64,000 bases of DNA, taken from IMG/VR virus record IMGVR_UViG_3300025585_000040, positions 1 through 64,000 of that record; one strand, given 5' to 3'. Shown here piece after piece: positions 20,719 to 30,772 of this stretch. The translations under genes and the position numbers were made by a program. Under the pieces are notes generated by a model, which had not been told where the DNA came from, made no database searches, and was given only the letters and a program-made list of their open reading frames with translations. Each line of letters begins with the position of its first letter. Position 1 is the stretch's first letter. This DNA is from a virus.

Positions 20719-21435
20719 ATGAATTTGATCGTTGCCTCCGCCAACTACGTCGGTGAAACCTTTACCGATAGCGGCCTCCGCTTCATGGAATTGACGATTG
20801 CTGCGAGCGGAAAAAACAACGCCCCGGTTCCCCTATTCCTTGTCCCGAACAAGGCTGCAGGAGACTCCTTTGATGCGTTCGCTCCAGGTTGTCAGCTCCT
20901 GGTGAGCGGTCGGCTGTACCCAAATCGTAACGACTACAAGATGTATGTCGTACCGACACAGCCGCTGCAGGTGGTCTCGAAGGACCTGAGCATGAATCAG
21001 GTAAACCTTGCAGGCGGTGTCGGTTTCATCCAGGAGAAGAAGCTGGAAGATCTCTTCGGTTTCAGCCTGATGTGCAAAGCTCCCAGCCAGCAGCTGCTCG
21101 GTCACACCTGGCAAGATTCGATGGGATTCCGGATCGAAAGCTGGGGCGATGACGCCAAGCGTCTCGAGGCTCTGCTGTATGTAGGCCGGCAGATGGCGTT
21201 GACTGGTTCGCTCCGTTACAACACCTGGACTGCTAAGGATGGTGGTCAACGTGGCACCTACCAAGTGCGGGTACGGGCGTCACAATACTCCGTGTTTGGT
21301 AAAAACCAAGCCCGTGGTGAGGAGCAGACCACTGAGGTAGCCGCTGTGAAAGCAGCAGCGCCCGCACCGAAACTCCCACTCCAACAGGGTGCTGGAACAC
21401 CAGCAAGTGTTGAGATGGACGAGATTCCCTTTTGA
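20719..21435 (+). CDS. ssb: ssDNA-binding protein with tandem OB folds
   Basis: Two OB-like repeats (LLVSGRL; MALTGSLRYNTW); acidic C-terminus DEIPF. Confidence 0.7.
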   Translation: MNLIVASANYVGETFTDSGLRFMELTIAASGKNNAPVPLFLVPNKAAGDSFDAFAPGCQLLVSGRLYPNRNDYKMYVVPTQPLQVVSKDLSMNQVNLAGGVGFIQEKKLEDLFGFSLMCKAPSQQLLGHTWQDSMGFRIESWGDDAKRLEALLYVGRQMALTGSLRYNTWTAKDGGQRGTYQVRVRASQYSVFGKNQARGEEQTTEVAAVKAAAPAPKLPLQQGAGTPASVEMDEIPF

Positions 21436-21535
21436 TTCATAAGTAAATTTAATCCCCGGCCTCTTCCCGTTTTTCGGGGAGGGGCTATCGTTTTAGATGC
21501 ACCCACAAAGTGCGAGAACCCCTGCAACGACTGAA

Positions 21536-22459
21536 ATGTCTGTTTTAGACCGGTACCTGAACACAGAAAAATACCAAGGTGAAATGCGGGAGCTGGTGAA
21601 TGCCCAGATCCTGAACGACAAATCCCAGTGTGGCCTCTTCCTGAAGGACACCGCCCTGGCTCGCATCGGCTGGTCCGGTGACGTGAAGGACTTCCCCAAG
21701 GCGGAAGAGTATGTCCACACCTACAACAACGGTGACAAGAACGAGGGCATCTTCTTTAAGACCCCTCGCATGGTGATCCTCCACTGCGGTTTCCGCAAGG
21801 ATGTGACCTTCATCGAGAACTCCGAGAAGGGCGGCATCGACGGTATCTATCCCCGCGACAGCTACCTCTACGACGATTGGGAGGAGCAGAACCCTGGCAA
21901 GCCCTCCCCCTTCAAGCGCCGTCGCCTGGTGCTGATGTTCCTGGTGAACGCTGATGGTTTGGCCGTTCACAAGAAGCCGCTGATCCTCTCGATCCACGGG
22001 GGTGCCTCGAACCTGTTCTGCGACGCCTACGCCACGTTCATCGAACAGCTTGAGTCTGCCTTCGCCGACCGCATGGGCCTAAAGTCCGCTGCTGGTTTCG
22101 ACCCCAAGCAGGCGGCTGCTGCGATCTTCACCCCGACCTTCGGCGCCCAACTCTATGGCGGCGACAAGGCTAAGAGCTGGATCGCTTACCCCGAGAAGTG
22201 GCTCGTCCCTACGGCGGAAACCGTGGAAGACTTCTTCCCCAAGGAGTCTGATGACATCGACTTCATCGAAACCGTGTGGGAGACGTGCCCGCCCACCGTT
22301 TACGCTGCCAACTTCTTCAAGCAGTGTGAGAAGGAGATCGGCTACCACGCGATCAAGCCTGGTCTTGACTTCACCCTGCCTCCCGTGGATGGCGGTCGTG
22401 GAACCAAAGCTCTGTTCGGAGTTCGTGACGAAGAGACCGGGGAAGTTGTCCTCTCTTGA
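21536..22459 (+). CDS. Replication/recombination-associated protein (possibly DUF5895-like)
   Basis: Follows ssb; strong C-ending codon bias suggests high expression; ends at a terminator. Confidence 0.5.
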   Translation: MSVLDRYLNTEKYQGEMRELVNAQILNDKSQCGLFLKDTALARIGWSGDVKDFPKAEEYVHTYNNGDKNEGIFFKTPRMVILHCGFRKDVTFIENSEKGGIDGIYPRDSYLYDDWEEQNPGKPSPFKRRRLVLMFLVNADGLAVHKKPLILSIHGGASNLFCDAYATFIEQLESAFADRMGLKSAAGFDPKQAAAAIFTPTFGAQLYGGDKAKSWIAYPEKWLVPTAETVEDFFPKESDDIDFIETVWETCPPTVYAANFFKQCEKEIGYHAIKPGLDFTLPPVDGGRGTKALFGVRDEETGEVVLS

Positions 22460-22489
22460 CCTAGTCGCTAGCCTGTAACTGGTGCAGGA

Positions 22490-22514
22490 GCCGCTCCTTC
22501 GGGGGCGGTTTTTT
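22490..22514 (+). terminator. Intrinsic terminator
   Basis: GCCGCTCC-TTCG-GGGGCGGT followed by a T run. Confidence 0.85.
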
Positions 22515-22758
22515 ATTCGCTGCGGATTGTGCGAGTGCCGCCCATCTCCAGGTCAGCCAACCGACGTACCAAACCACGGATGACAGCCTGTCGTCCGACA
22601 GCAAGCTGAAGCAGCTTCTTGGCTCCTTCGCGGAGGTGATCGGGGTCGGTCGCCTTATCTAATTCGTTGCTCAATCTTGCGATCTGGAATTCGTCCTCCA
22701 TCGACAAGGAAAAATCATCCGGATCAAACTGAAATTCTATGAGCTCAAAGCTGGACAT
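22513..22758 (-). CDS. nblA: NblA-like phycobilisome degradation protein
   Basis: LSMEDEFQIARLSNELDK..LREGAKKLLQL..RQAVIRGLV matches the NblA LS.EQ.F two-helix pattern. Confidence 0.6.
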   Translation of the reverse strand: MSSFELIEFQFDPDDFSLSMEDEFQIARLSNELDKATDPDHLREGAKKLLQLAVGRQAVIRGLVRRLADLEMGGTRTIRSE

Positions 22759-22894
22759 AGCCACCGAGCATAATGTTTAGTCTAACTAGATACAATTCTT
22801 AGTGTGTAATAGAGACTACAAAGAGAAAGTTAAGATTAAGGCTTGCACAGCTGGAAAAATACGGTAGCCTGTCAAGGCCAACCACTTCACCACT

Positions 22895-23035
22895 ATGGCT
22901 ACCAAGAGGTCCTTGACTGGTCAACTGCACCGCGAGCCAGTCAAGAAGCGCACGTCCATCGGGCACGGGATGCGTAAGCGCGGCTCATTTAAAAAGCGTG
23001 GCGAAAAACGTTACGCGGCCCAAGGTAAAGGCTAA
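22895..23035 (+). CDS. Small basic protein (46 aa)
   Basis: MATKRSLTG..KKRTSIGHG..KRYAAQGKG; below the ORF-track cut-off. Confidence 0.6.
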   Translation: MATKRSLTGQLHREPVKKRTSIGHGMRKRGSFKKRGEKRYAAQGKG

Positions 23036-23529
23036 CAAGTTTCCCCGAAAAATCTAATTTCGGCTTCCTTCCTCACCTTGGCAGCTTCTTCAACTGTAGA
23101 AAAGCTGCCAAGGTGCACTGCCTTCTGATTTACTTTTATCTGTGCATAATAAACATTATCGCGTTTATTGTAGCTAACGCCGCGCACGCCAGTTTTATTA
23201 TGTTTGAATAATCCAGTATTTATAGCATTGAGTGAATGAGGTACTAAGCGTAAATTTTGAATCCGGTTATCAAGCGGATCTCTATTGATATGGTCTACAA
23301 CCCTGTCTCCTGGGTCTTCTCCGTAATGAAGAGCATATACGATTCTCTGTACCGTATAATACTGTCCATCTATGGCTACAAACCAATACTTGCCTTTAGT
23401 GCCAGCAGGTAAGCCCGCTTTTAGGCGACCTCTAGTTACTAGATTCCTAAGACCACTGGGGGAGGTTTCATCAATTTCGAAAACTTGACGCAGCCTGTCT
23501 ATTGAAGGAAGGGGCTTGAATGTGGCCAT
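23032..23529 (-). mobile_element. Free-standing HNH-AP2 homing endonuclease
   Basis: VDHINRDPLDNRIQNLR..N; AP2-like GVRGVS..YYAQI..HLGSF.T.EEAA; AT-rich; flanked by a duplicated gene end. Confidence 0.85.
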
Positions 23530-23739
23530 ATACTTGTGTAGAGTTTTTTCTCGAAAACAAAAGACGATTCCGCAAAAATTATAGGCCAAGGGGCCGGCCA
23601 AGGTAAGTAAGCCGTACCTAGAAGTAGGGTTTCTTAGGTTCTGACTCGTGTTTCAGCTCTGCCACAATAAATGCAGTTGCTGAAACACGAGCAAATGTAC
23701 GTTATTGCCCCTACACTACGGAAACCCAAACAAACCGAA

Positions 23740-23940
23740 ATGGCTCTCTCCACTCAGGTAAAAGAAGCGACCGAAAAGGCAGCTGCAGCATTGCGTGAAG
23801 CACTGGCATTTGCTGCACGCACTGAACATCCCGTTACGATCTCGACTCTCACTGATATCTTGGTGCGGCTCGAATCAATGGAGACGATCGAGGAACTGAT
23901 GGAAAAGTTTGGGAAGCAGGAAATCCCCAAATCCATCTGA
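23740..23940 (+). CDS. Hypothetical protein
   Basis: MALSTQVKEA..LREALAFAARTEHP. Confidence 0.6.
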   Translation: MALSTQVKEATEKAAAALREALAFAARTEHPVTISTLTDILVRLESMETIEELMEKFGKQEIPKSI

Positions 23941-24055
23941 ATTTGATACAATATTAAAGTCCCCGCTCTCCTCGATCGGCAGACATGGTCACGCGTCAGG
24001 CAGACAGCCTGGAGGGCGGCCACGGTTCTGGAGGCGTCCGATAACGTCTCCCCGA

Positions 24056-24157
24056 CATCCAGTCCGAGCTAACGGATAAGACGGCCTCCTGATCGACGCT
24101 GGACGCAGCGTTTTGAAGCAGGGTCAGGCGATGCGGGTTCGAATCCTGCCTGGGTGA
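24056..24157 (+). ncRNA. tRNA-like RNA with non-canonical, extended anticodon arm
   Basis: Acceptor CATCCAG/CTGGGTG + A; T-arm GCGGG-TTCGAAT-CCTGC; D-loop-like TAACGGATAA; no 7-nt anticodon loop. Confidence 0.55.
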
Positions 24158-24553
24158 TTTATTGACGATATGCGCACACGGGTAGCCCCAAAGGGAAATC
24201 CCGGTAGAATGTGCTGGTCAATCGGATCCAATCTATGTCCGAGTACAAATCGGAAGATTTCGAAACCTACGCCAAATGCTTCAGTGTTGAAGCTACACGT
24301 ATGGTGGAGCTAATGCGAATCTTCGATGAGAAGCTTCAGTCCGAGCTCAACATGCACTCCGTACGGCCTAAGGATTTGTTCCGAATGGTAATGGATCTGA
24401 GTTATGACACGGATCGTGCATACAAGAAAGAAAAAAATATTGAGGATGAACCTTTCAACATCACGACTTTCATCTCGAAAGATGAGCTCTCATCTCAGCT
24501 GCGAACACTCCTCCGGGATGAACTTCAACGTTACTTTAATGCAGTCGACAGTA

Positions 24554-24757
24554 ATGCTGAATGAAGCTAACAGTTGGGTACTACCTGTTGATGAGGAAGG
24601 TGTTCTCACCCTACCCGATGAGGTTTGGCAGACCCTCGGTTGGCGAGAGGGAGATGAGATCGAGTTTCTTGAACAGGAGGACGGTTCCTTTCTTTTGGTA
24701 AAAGTCGATGAAACTACACACATTGAAGGAGCGACTGATCCGACGACTGTCGGTTAA
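24554..24757 (+). CDS. AbrB/MazE-like DNA-binding protein
   Basis: VDEEGVLTLPDEVWQTLGWREGDEIEF. Confidence 0.75.
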   Translation: MLNEANSWVLPVDEEGVLTLPDEVWQTLGWREGDEIEFLEQEDGSFLLVKVDETTHIEGATDPTTVG

Positions 24758-25224
24758 TTACGTCGCCTACATGGGTCAAAAAGAAGTCACGCCAGAGTGG
24801 CTAGAAGGTTACTTTCAAGCTAAAAAGGATGCAGAACACTTCATCGAGCAACAGGAGGTCTATGAGCCTTACGATGGATGAAATGATTAAGGCGCAACAA
24901 ACGCTTCAACGCGAAGAACTGGCTTGGGTCAGCAACGTTTACCGTCAGCGGCTCAAGGATCTACAGGAAACTGAAATTCAGCGCCAGAAATGGCTGAAGT
25001 CCCAGAAGGAAACAAAAGAATGACCGAATACACACCAATTGTTCCAACACTGGAGCAGCTGAAAGCATGGGAAACAGAGTTCTTCGATGAAGAACAAAAC
25101 CTTGATGTTTTGCTGTGCCGAGCTTATGAAGCTGGTTATTGGAGGTGTCAGGGTGAATATGACGCTGGTGCCTCTCAACTTGTTAATCCCCTTGACGTGG
25201 GTATAATTCTGGAGCCAGATGACG

Positions 25225-25425
25225 ATGACTGAACTCTCACCTGCTGCTCAGGCAGTCCTGGACGCCTATCATTTCGCCCCCTTGGACGACGAGCTCACAA
25301 TTGCTGCTGTTCTCCACGCCCTCGCCACTCACTGTAAGACACAGAAGAGTGTCGGGCCTTACATTTCGCAGTACGAAGTACTGAGCATCGCCAAAGAACT
25401 GGAGCGTAAACATGAACTGGCCTGA
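25225..25425 (+). CDS. ELEAQ-family protein, dispersed copy 6
   Basis: MTELSPAAQAVLDA..IAAVLHALA..LSIAKELE. Confidence 0.65.
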   Translation: MTELSPAAQAVLDAYHFAPLDDELTIAAVLHALATHCKTQKSVGPYISQYEVLSIAKELERKHELA

Positions 25426-26052
25426 AGCCATGGTCACCATCGCTGGGATGGTTTGCTTTGTTCACCTCGTTAAAACAATCTTGAAATTTGCGGTAGGTAA
25501 AAACCGTTTCTGATGGAGCATATCTCAATAAAACAACCCGATTGGGTGTGCCATGACTGCGGACAACAGTGGGGTCGGTGGTACGAAGACGGAGAATATT
25601 TCGGCCCCAAACCGCATTACGCTACGTATCACATCGAAGAATGTGGGGTCTGTCACCAGGAGAAATCCGTGACTGAGGCTCGAGACTACGGCTTTCTGCG
25701 GCGTGGTTGGGATAAAACCTTGTCGCCTAAGTGAATACAGCTAAGCTTTGTTTGTTGTAATACTTCACCAATGAAGATCCGCAAGCAGGGTAAGTACCGT
25801 GGCGGTCCCTCCGAAATCCTCGAGCCCATCGAATTTGAGGGTTACCAGATCAAAAGCCTGAAGCACGGTAATACCAACCACGTTTTGTACTACTTCCCCA
25901 GCGAAGCGCATGACTGGGAAGGTTGCTGGACGATGGACCTTGAAACCGCTAAAAAAGGTGTAACTAAATACAATAAACACCTCAAGGAACTTGATTCAGT
26001 GCAAGGGTAAGCACTCGTATAATCAGCTTTGTATTGATAACAGGCCTAAGAA

Positions 26053-26319
26053 GTGGTCCGACCTGCATTCCGACACAGCGACCTCATGGACGATCTGGCC
26101 ATGGGGATTCACGCTTACCTACTAGAGATTTCGACTGAATTTAAAGGTAATAACCTCGTCCTGATTCCTGTTACGGAAATCGTAAAGAAGTTCGAACGTA
26201 ATCACCGGACAATTCAGCGCCGTCTCAGTGCTCTGCAGGATGAAGGTCTACTTACCCCAGTGATTCGGAAACAAACTATTGTTCTGTATCACGTCAAGGA
26301 TCAGAAGGATCAACCATGA
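26053..26319 (+). CDS. Winged-HTH protein
   Basis: VTEIVKKFERNHRTIQRRLSALQDEGLL. Confidence 0.65.
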   Translation: MVRPAFRHSDLMDDLAMGIHAYLLEISTEFKGNNLVLIPVTEIVKKFERNHRTIQRRLSALQDEGLLTPVIRKQTIVLYHVKDQKDQP

Positions 26320-26583
26320 GCGAGGAAAAAGCAACGGGCCATCTGGAAGCAATTTCGTTTCTCCTCTCGTCGTTCACTGACAACGGGAGGAGTCTTCGGG
26401 CTTTCACAACAAATCCCCAGGAATTGGCCATTACAATCCTGACCGCAGGATTGATTTCAAACAGCAAATTGATGCTGAATCCGGATGAGGCTGTACGCTC
26501 CGCCTTTGAAATCCACGCCAGGATTCAACGCCACGTTGGAAACTTTCAATCGATGCAGTTCGCAGCTAACATCGAGGATTGCT

Positions 26584-26988
26584 TCAAACCGTCACAACAT
26601 CCCGAAATTGGGGAGGTTGAGGGTGACTGAACGCTGCGTCCCTCTTCAGTAAACGCATCGATCCGTGAGTTGATTCAAAAGCATACTTCAGGCTGTGACA
26701 CGCAGCTTCCGGATCGGTGTGACTACCACAAGTGTAAGCATCGATGGAAGCGTACCCGTACTGCGGCCACGAGTGGAAGGAAATGTGTGATTCCGCTAGG
26801 AGGGCGATCGCTGTCACGCCCTGAGGTTCAAATTTGTGGGTGACGAGGTCCAGTAACGTCGCACCAGCTGACTCGGCCGCTTCAGTTAGAGACTTCTTCA
26901 CAAAGTCTTCATCATCGAGCAGGGTCGGATTACCCCCAAAAAGCTCGTAAATAGCGTGGCGACCTACTACCTGGGGAACTTCGTACAA
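26584..26988 (-). CDS. speD: S-adenosylmethionine decarboxylase proenzyme
   Basis: HKFEPQGVT..LLAESHISFHSWP..IDAYTCG; E-S autocleavage site. Confidence 0.92.
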   Translation of the reverse strand: MYEVPQVVGRHAIYELFGGNPTLLDDEDFVKKSLTEAAESAGATLLDLVTHKFEPQGVTAIALLAESHISFHSWPQYGYASIDAYTCGSHTDPEAACHSLKYAFESTHGSMRLLKRDAAFSHPQPPQFRDVVTV

Positions 26989-27083
26989 CCCGCTGTACCG
27001 ATTGTTTTTTAAACAGTCTAAGGCCTCAAATCCTGGACGGCCACTAGAAAATACGGTACGTTGCCCAGAGCTGCGTAACCCTC

Positions 27084-27974
27084 GTGCCCCTAGTGATGGA
27101 TGAAAAAGTCGCAGAAATCTCGGCGAGAGGCGAAGTAGGGCGAAAAGTTTATACAGAGTACTCTGCCGAGAAAGATTATCGGCAGTTCATGGATTATCGG
27201 TCGGATGGAGATACCCGCCTAACAATCAATGGCTCCCGTCACTACAAGACTCCCTACGGAGCACTACCTTCAGTCACGACAATCCTGTCTGCAACTGGCG
27301 GAAATAAGGCAGCATTAGAGAGGTGGGCTAAAAAAAATCCTGGTGGGAGAGAGGCTGCCGCAGCACGGGGAACCAAGGTTCACTCCCTGATGGAGGAGTA
27401 TCTTCTCGGCATCAACAAGAATCCAGTCATCGAAGATGAGGAGATCGCTCAGTTCTGGAACGGTCTTCCCGAAAACCTCGATAAGCTCGGTCGCGTGATC
27501 TGGGCGGAAAATCCAGCTGGTGACGCATTCCCATGGACAATGGGAGGTGACGGAATTAGCCGGGTTTGGCATCCAGGTGTAAAAGAAGGTGAAAATTGGG
27601 GGTGGGCAGGAGCCCCCGACATCGTGGCGGAGTACAAAAACAAAGTCGTACTGGGAGATCTCAAGACCTCAAACGGCCCTTACTACGCAAAATGGCCCGG
27701 TCCGGACACCATCAAATCGGAGTACGGGATGAAGCGGGCTGGCTTCATGAAATACCAAAAATGCATGATGCAGATGGGTGCGTACGCTATGGCGTTGGAG
27801 CACACAGTAGGTATCATCCCTGAAATTCTGATGATTTTCGTCGCCACGAGGGACCGTTCCCAGGTGTTCGCGGTCCAGGGCGGAACCATCGAGAAGTACA
27901 AACAGAAGTGGCTCGATGCCGTAGAGAAGTACTACAGCGAAATTCTACCCGGATTGGCGGAAGAAGACTCCTGA
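27084..27974 (+). CDS. PD-(D/E)XK exonuclease
   Basis: PSVTTIL, RGTKVH, AGAPD..GDLKTS, Q..AY. Confidence 0.85.
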   Translation: MPLVMDEKVAEISARGEVGRKVYTEYSAEKDYRQFMDYRSDGDTRLTINGSRHYKTPYGALPSVTTILSATGGNKAALERWAKKNPGGREAAAARGTKVHSLMEEYLLGINKNPVIEDEEIAQFWNGLPENLDKLGRVIWAENPAGDAFPWTMGGDGISRVWHPGVKEGENWGWAGAPDIVAEYKNKVVLGDLKTSNGPYYAKWPGPDTIKSEYGMKRAGFMKYQKCMMQMGAYAMALEHTVGIIPEILMIFVATRDRSQVFAVQGGTIEKYKQKWLDAVEKYYSEILPGLAEEDS

Positions 27975-28115
27975 GATTCGGCATAAGACCCGTTCAGTAC
28001 AGATGTGGTCCCGCTACGTTGGATCTACAGGAAGGGCACAGGTTTCAGGGTAGCCATAGCAGAAAATGCAGGCTAACTTGGCCCTGGCGTCCAAAACGCT
28101 TGCAATAACAGGACT

Positions 28116-30704
28116 GTGACGACCGCTACACCCGAACCCCAACGACCACGGAAGCATCTCAAGCCGGGACAGATTGATCTCAATCTGATTCCGCCAGATT
28201 GGGGTTTAACACCGCTTAATGGTAAGCGGGCTTACGTAGCGGGCTGGACTACCACTCCCTATACCGTCGATCAGATCAAGCAGGAGCTAGATCAGGGTCG
28301 CGCCACTGGTGTTGGCCTTTTAACGGGTCAGTGGTCTAATGAAGGCGGCCTGATTTGGGTTGATATCGATGGTCCCGACGCAATCCCTGCGTTAGAAGAA
28401 CTGGCTGGTGGTTCGTTAGACGTTGTTTTCCCGCCGACACTGACGATTTCATCCGGTAAAGAAGGCCGGATGCGGATGTTGTACAGCGTCCCGACGGCGA
28501 AGCTTCCGTTGCTGCCGGATAAGGCGACGATCAAAATCGGAATTCCGTCGTTTGAAATCCTGTTCCGCTCCAGGCAAGGTGCGGTCATGGGCGCTCACCC
28601 GGAAACAGACGGTTACTTTACGACACCACATGGCGGCTTTGAATATGCTAAGAACCCCCCCGAATTACCAGAGTGGCTGTACCAAGCTATTGCCAAGGCA
28701 TTTCCAACCAACAAGTACCGTAAGCCTGTAACAGGTGGCGTCATCACCCAACAGGTGAATCTCACCTATGAGGAAGGTTCGAAATATCAGATCGAGGAGG
28801 CTGAAAATGAGGCCAGGGTTTACCTGGAGAACCTCGATCTGGAGCGTGCTGAAGATTACGAGGAGTGGCTTGCGGTTGGCATGAGCCTCCACCAAGTCTC
28901 CGAGAACCTGCTCGAGGACTGGGTTGAGTGGTCTTCTACCGCCGATAACTTCCAAGCAGGCGTCTGCGAAGAGAAATGGCGGTCGTTTGAACGGCTGCCC
29001 GGTGGACCGAGTCCTGAGGGTGCCAGGGGTCTGCAGACTCTCCGTGCCAAAGCCAAGGAAGACGGTTTCATTGATCTTGGCGGCTTTGTTGTTGAGTCGC
29101 CAGAAGTGCTTGCGCAGAAGGCTGCTGAGCTGTTCGGTGATGACGAAGAGCCACCGATGCCACGAGGCAACTATGACTTCAACCGGAAAGTCAATCAGAT
29201 GCTTGGGGGTCCTGAAGAAGACGATGAAGAAGAAGTTCGTCAACGCGTCAACGGTAAAGGCCGTCCCAGGACTCCGCCTGCCTCGGAACTAGCCGAGACG
29301 GTCACTGTGATGATGAAGCAAAGCGGATGGTTATACGATCCAAAGTTCGACATCTTCATGTTTTATCAGAGTGATTCTGGTACTTGGCGACGTGAAAACC
29401 ATGCAAATGAGTATAAATACGCAATTCAGGATCTTTTCCTGTTTGAAAAGAATATACAAGTCCCTGGTGGCTTTACATCTCACCTACTGACCGATGTATG
29501 TAACCTCACGAAAGCATATCTTCTCCACGATTATTGGGACGATGACCCCGATAAACTAGCCTTCAAGAATGGCGTTTTAGAGATCAGTACAGGTGAATTC
29601 CTGGCGCATGACCGGGAAAATTACATGACGTGGGGTCTTGATTTCAACTATGATCCCGGTGCTGATCCCGGTCCAATTATTGAGTGGCTTCAGCGTACCC
29701 AGTATGGTGATGAGGGCCGGGTCCAAGTGTTGCGGGCCTGGCTGCGGGCCTGTTTGGTGGCACAAGGCCAGGAATTGCAGCGCTTCCTCGAAGTGATCGG
29801 TCCTGGTGGCCGAGGTAAGTCCACCTTCGCCAATCTGTGTTGCGCCATGGTTGGCAGTGGTAACTATGCCAGCACCACCCTCAACCAGTTAGAGCAGAGT
29901 CGATTTGAGGTGGCATCGATTAAGGGTAAACGGATGACGCTGATCAATGATTCGGAGCGTTATGGCGGTTCTGCTCAGATCTTTAAGGCTTTGACTGGTG
30001 GTGACAACCTCCGTTTCGAGGAGAAAAACAAGAACGTCGGTGAACCTTTTGTGTACACCGGTATGGTCATGGTGGTGGCCAACGAACCGATTCAGACCAC
30101 GGATAATACTTCTGGTTTGAGTCGCCGTCGCCTCACGATTGAATTTAATCGCCCGCTGTACGACAAGAGTTCGGAGGCCAAGGAGATGATCAAGCTCGAT
30201 CAGGGCATCGTAAAGGGCTTATGGAAGCATTATTTACCCGGCTTAGTGAACTGGGTGTTGCAGATGAGCGACGATGAAATGCGTCAGTATCTGCTCGACA
30301 CCTACGAAATGGTGCCTTCGCTAAAGAGGGTACGAAATGAAATCCTCCTGAACAGCAATAACCTCGTGGAATGGCTCCAATCGGAGATCGTTCTAGACGA
30401 CAAGGCTGTTACTGCTGTCGGAAAGCGCATCCCTGCTGCTAAAGACGCCGGGGAACGGTATCACAACTCGAAGTATCATTTGTATGCCAGCTATTGCTCG
30501 TATTGCGAGGACACTGGCAGTAAACCTGTCGGCCAAAAGCGCTTCATCGCACTGGTGATGGACTGTTGCACCAACCAGCTTGGTTTTAAAAATATTCGGA
30601 GCTTTTCTAAAGGTGGTAGGCCCTTTATCAAGGGTTTAGCTATTCGGGCTTCTGACCCCAAATATGACCGTTTTCCGACTATCTTGCCTGAAGGTAAAGA
30701 ATAA
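28116..30704 (+). CDS. Primase-helicase (Prim-Pol + PriCT-2 + D5/SF3 helicase)
   Basis: WVDIDG primase motif; YEEWLAVGMSLH..W..WS PriCT-2; GPGGRGKST Walker A. Confidence 0.92.
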   Translation: MTTATPEPQRPRKHLKPGQIDLNLIPPDWGLTPLNGKRAYVAGWTTTPYTVDQIKQELDQGRATGVGLLTGQWSNEGGLIWVDIDGPDAIPALEELAGGSLDVVFPPTLTISSGKEGRMRMLYSVPTAKLPLLPDKATIKIGIPSFEILFRSRQGAVMGAHPETDGYFTTPHGGFEYAKNPPELPEWLYQAIAKAFPTNKYRKPVTGGVITQQVNLTYEEGSKYQIEEAENEARVYLENLDLERAEDYEEWLAVGMSLHQVSENLLEDWVEWSSTADNFQAGVCEEKWRSFERLPGGPSPEGARGLQTLRAKAKEDGFIDLGGFVVESPEVLAQKAAELFGDDEEPPMPRGNYDFNRKVNQMLGGPEEDDEEEVRQRVNGKGRPRTPPASELAETVTVMMKQSGWLYDPKFDIFMFYQSDSGTWRRENHANEYKYAIQDLFLFEKNIQVPGGFTSHLLTDVCNLTKAYLLHDYWDDDPDKLAFKNGVLEISTGEFLAHDRENYMTWGLDFNYDPGADPGPIIEWLQRTQYGDEGRVQVLRAWLRACLVAQGQELQRFLEVIGPGGRGKSTFANLCCAMVGSGNYASTTLNQLEQSRFEVASIKGKRMTLINDSERYGGSAQIFKALTGGDNLRFEEKNKNVGEPFVYTGMVMVVANEPIQTTDNTSGLSRRRLTIEFNRPLYDKSSEAKEMIKLDQGIVKGLWKHYLPGLVNWVLQMSDDEMRQYLLDTYEMVPSLKRVRNEILLNSNNLVEWLQSEIVLDDKAVTAVGKRIPAAKDAGERYHNSKYHLYASYCSYCEDTGSKPVGQKRFIALVMDCCTNQLGFKNIRSFSKGGRPFIKGLAIRASDPKYDRFPTILPEGKE

Positions 30705-30772
30705 TTCTTGTAAAATTTAAGGGCAGCGGAGCGTCAACTCCCTGCCCAACGGTAACCACTTCTACTGGTCAC

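Noticed and set aside
24056-24157. tmRNA or canonical tRNA
   Set aside because: No GGGG-type acceptor with G3-U70, no tag ORF identified, and no 7-nt anticodon loop.
11524-26812. HIP1 (GCGATCGC) sites as a host signature
   Set aside because: Only a couple were noticed, with no visible enrichment.
27084-27974. Cas4 as evidence of a CRISPR system
   Set aside because: It lacks the Fe-S Cys cluster and sits beside the primase, as expected for a phage replication exonuclease.
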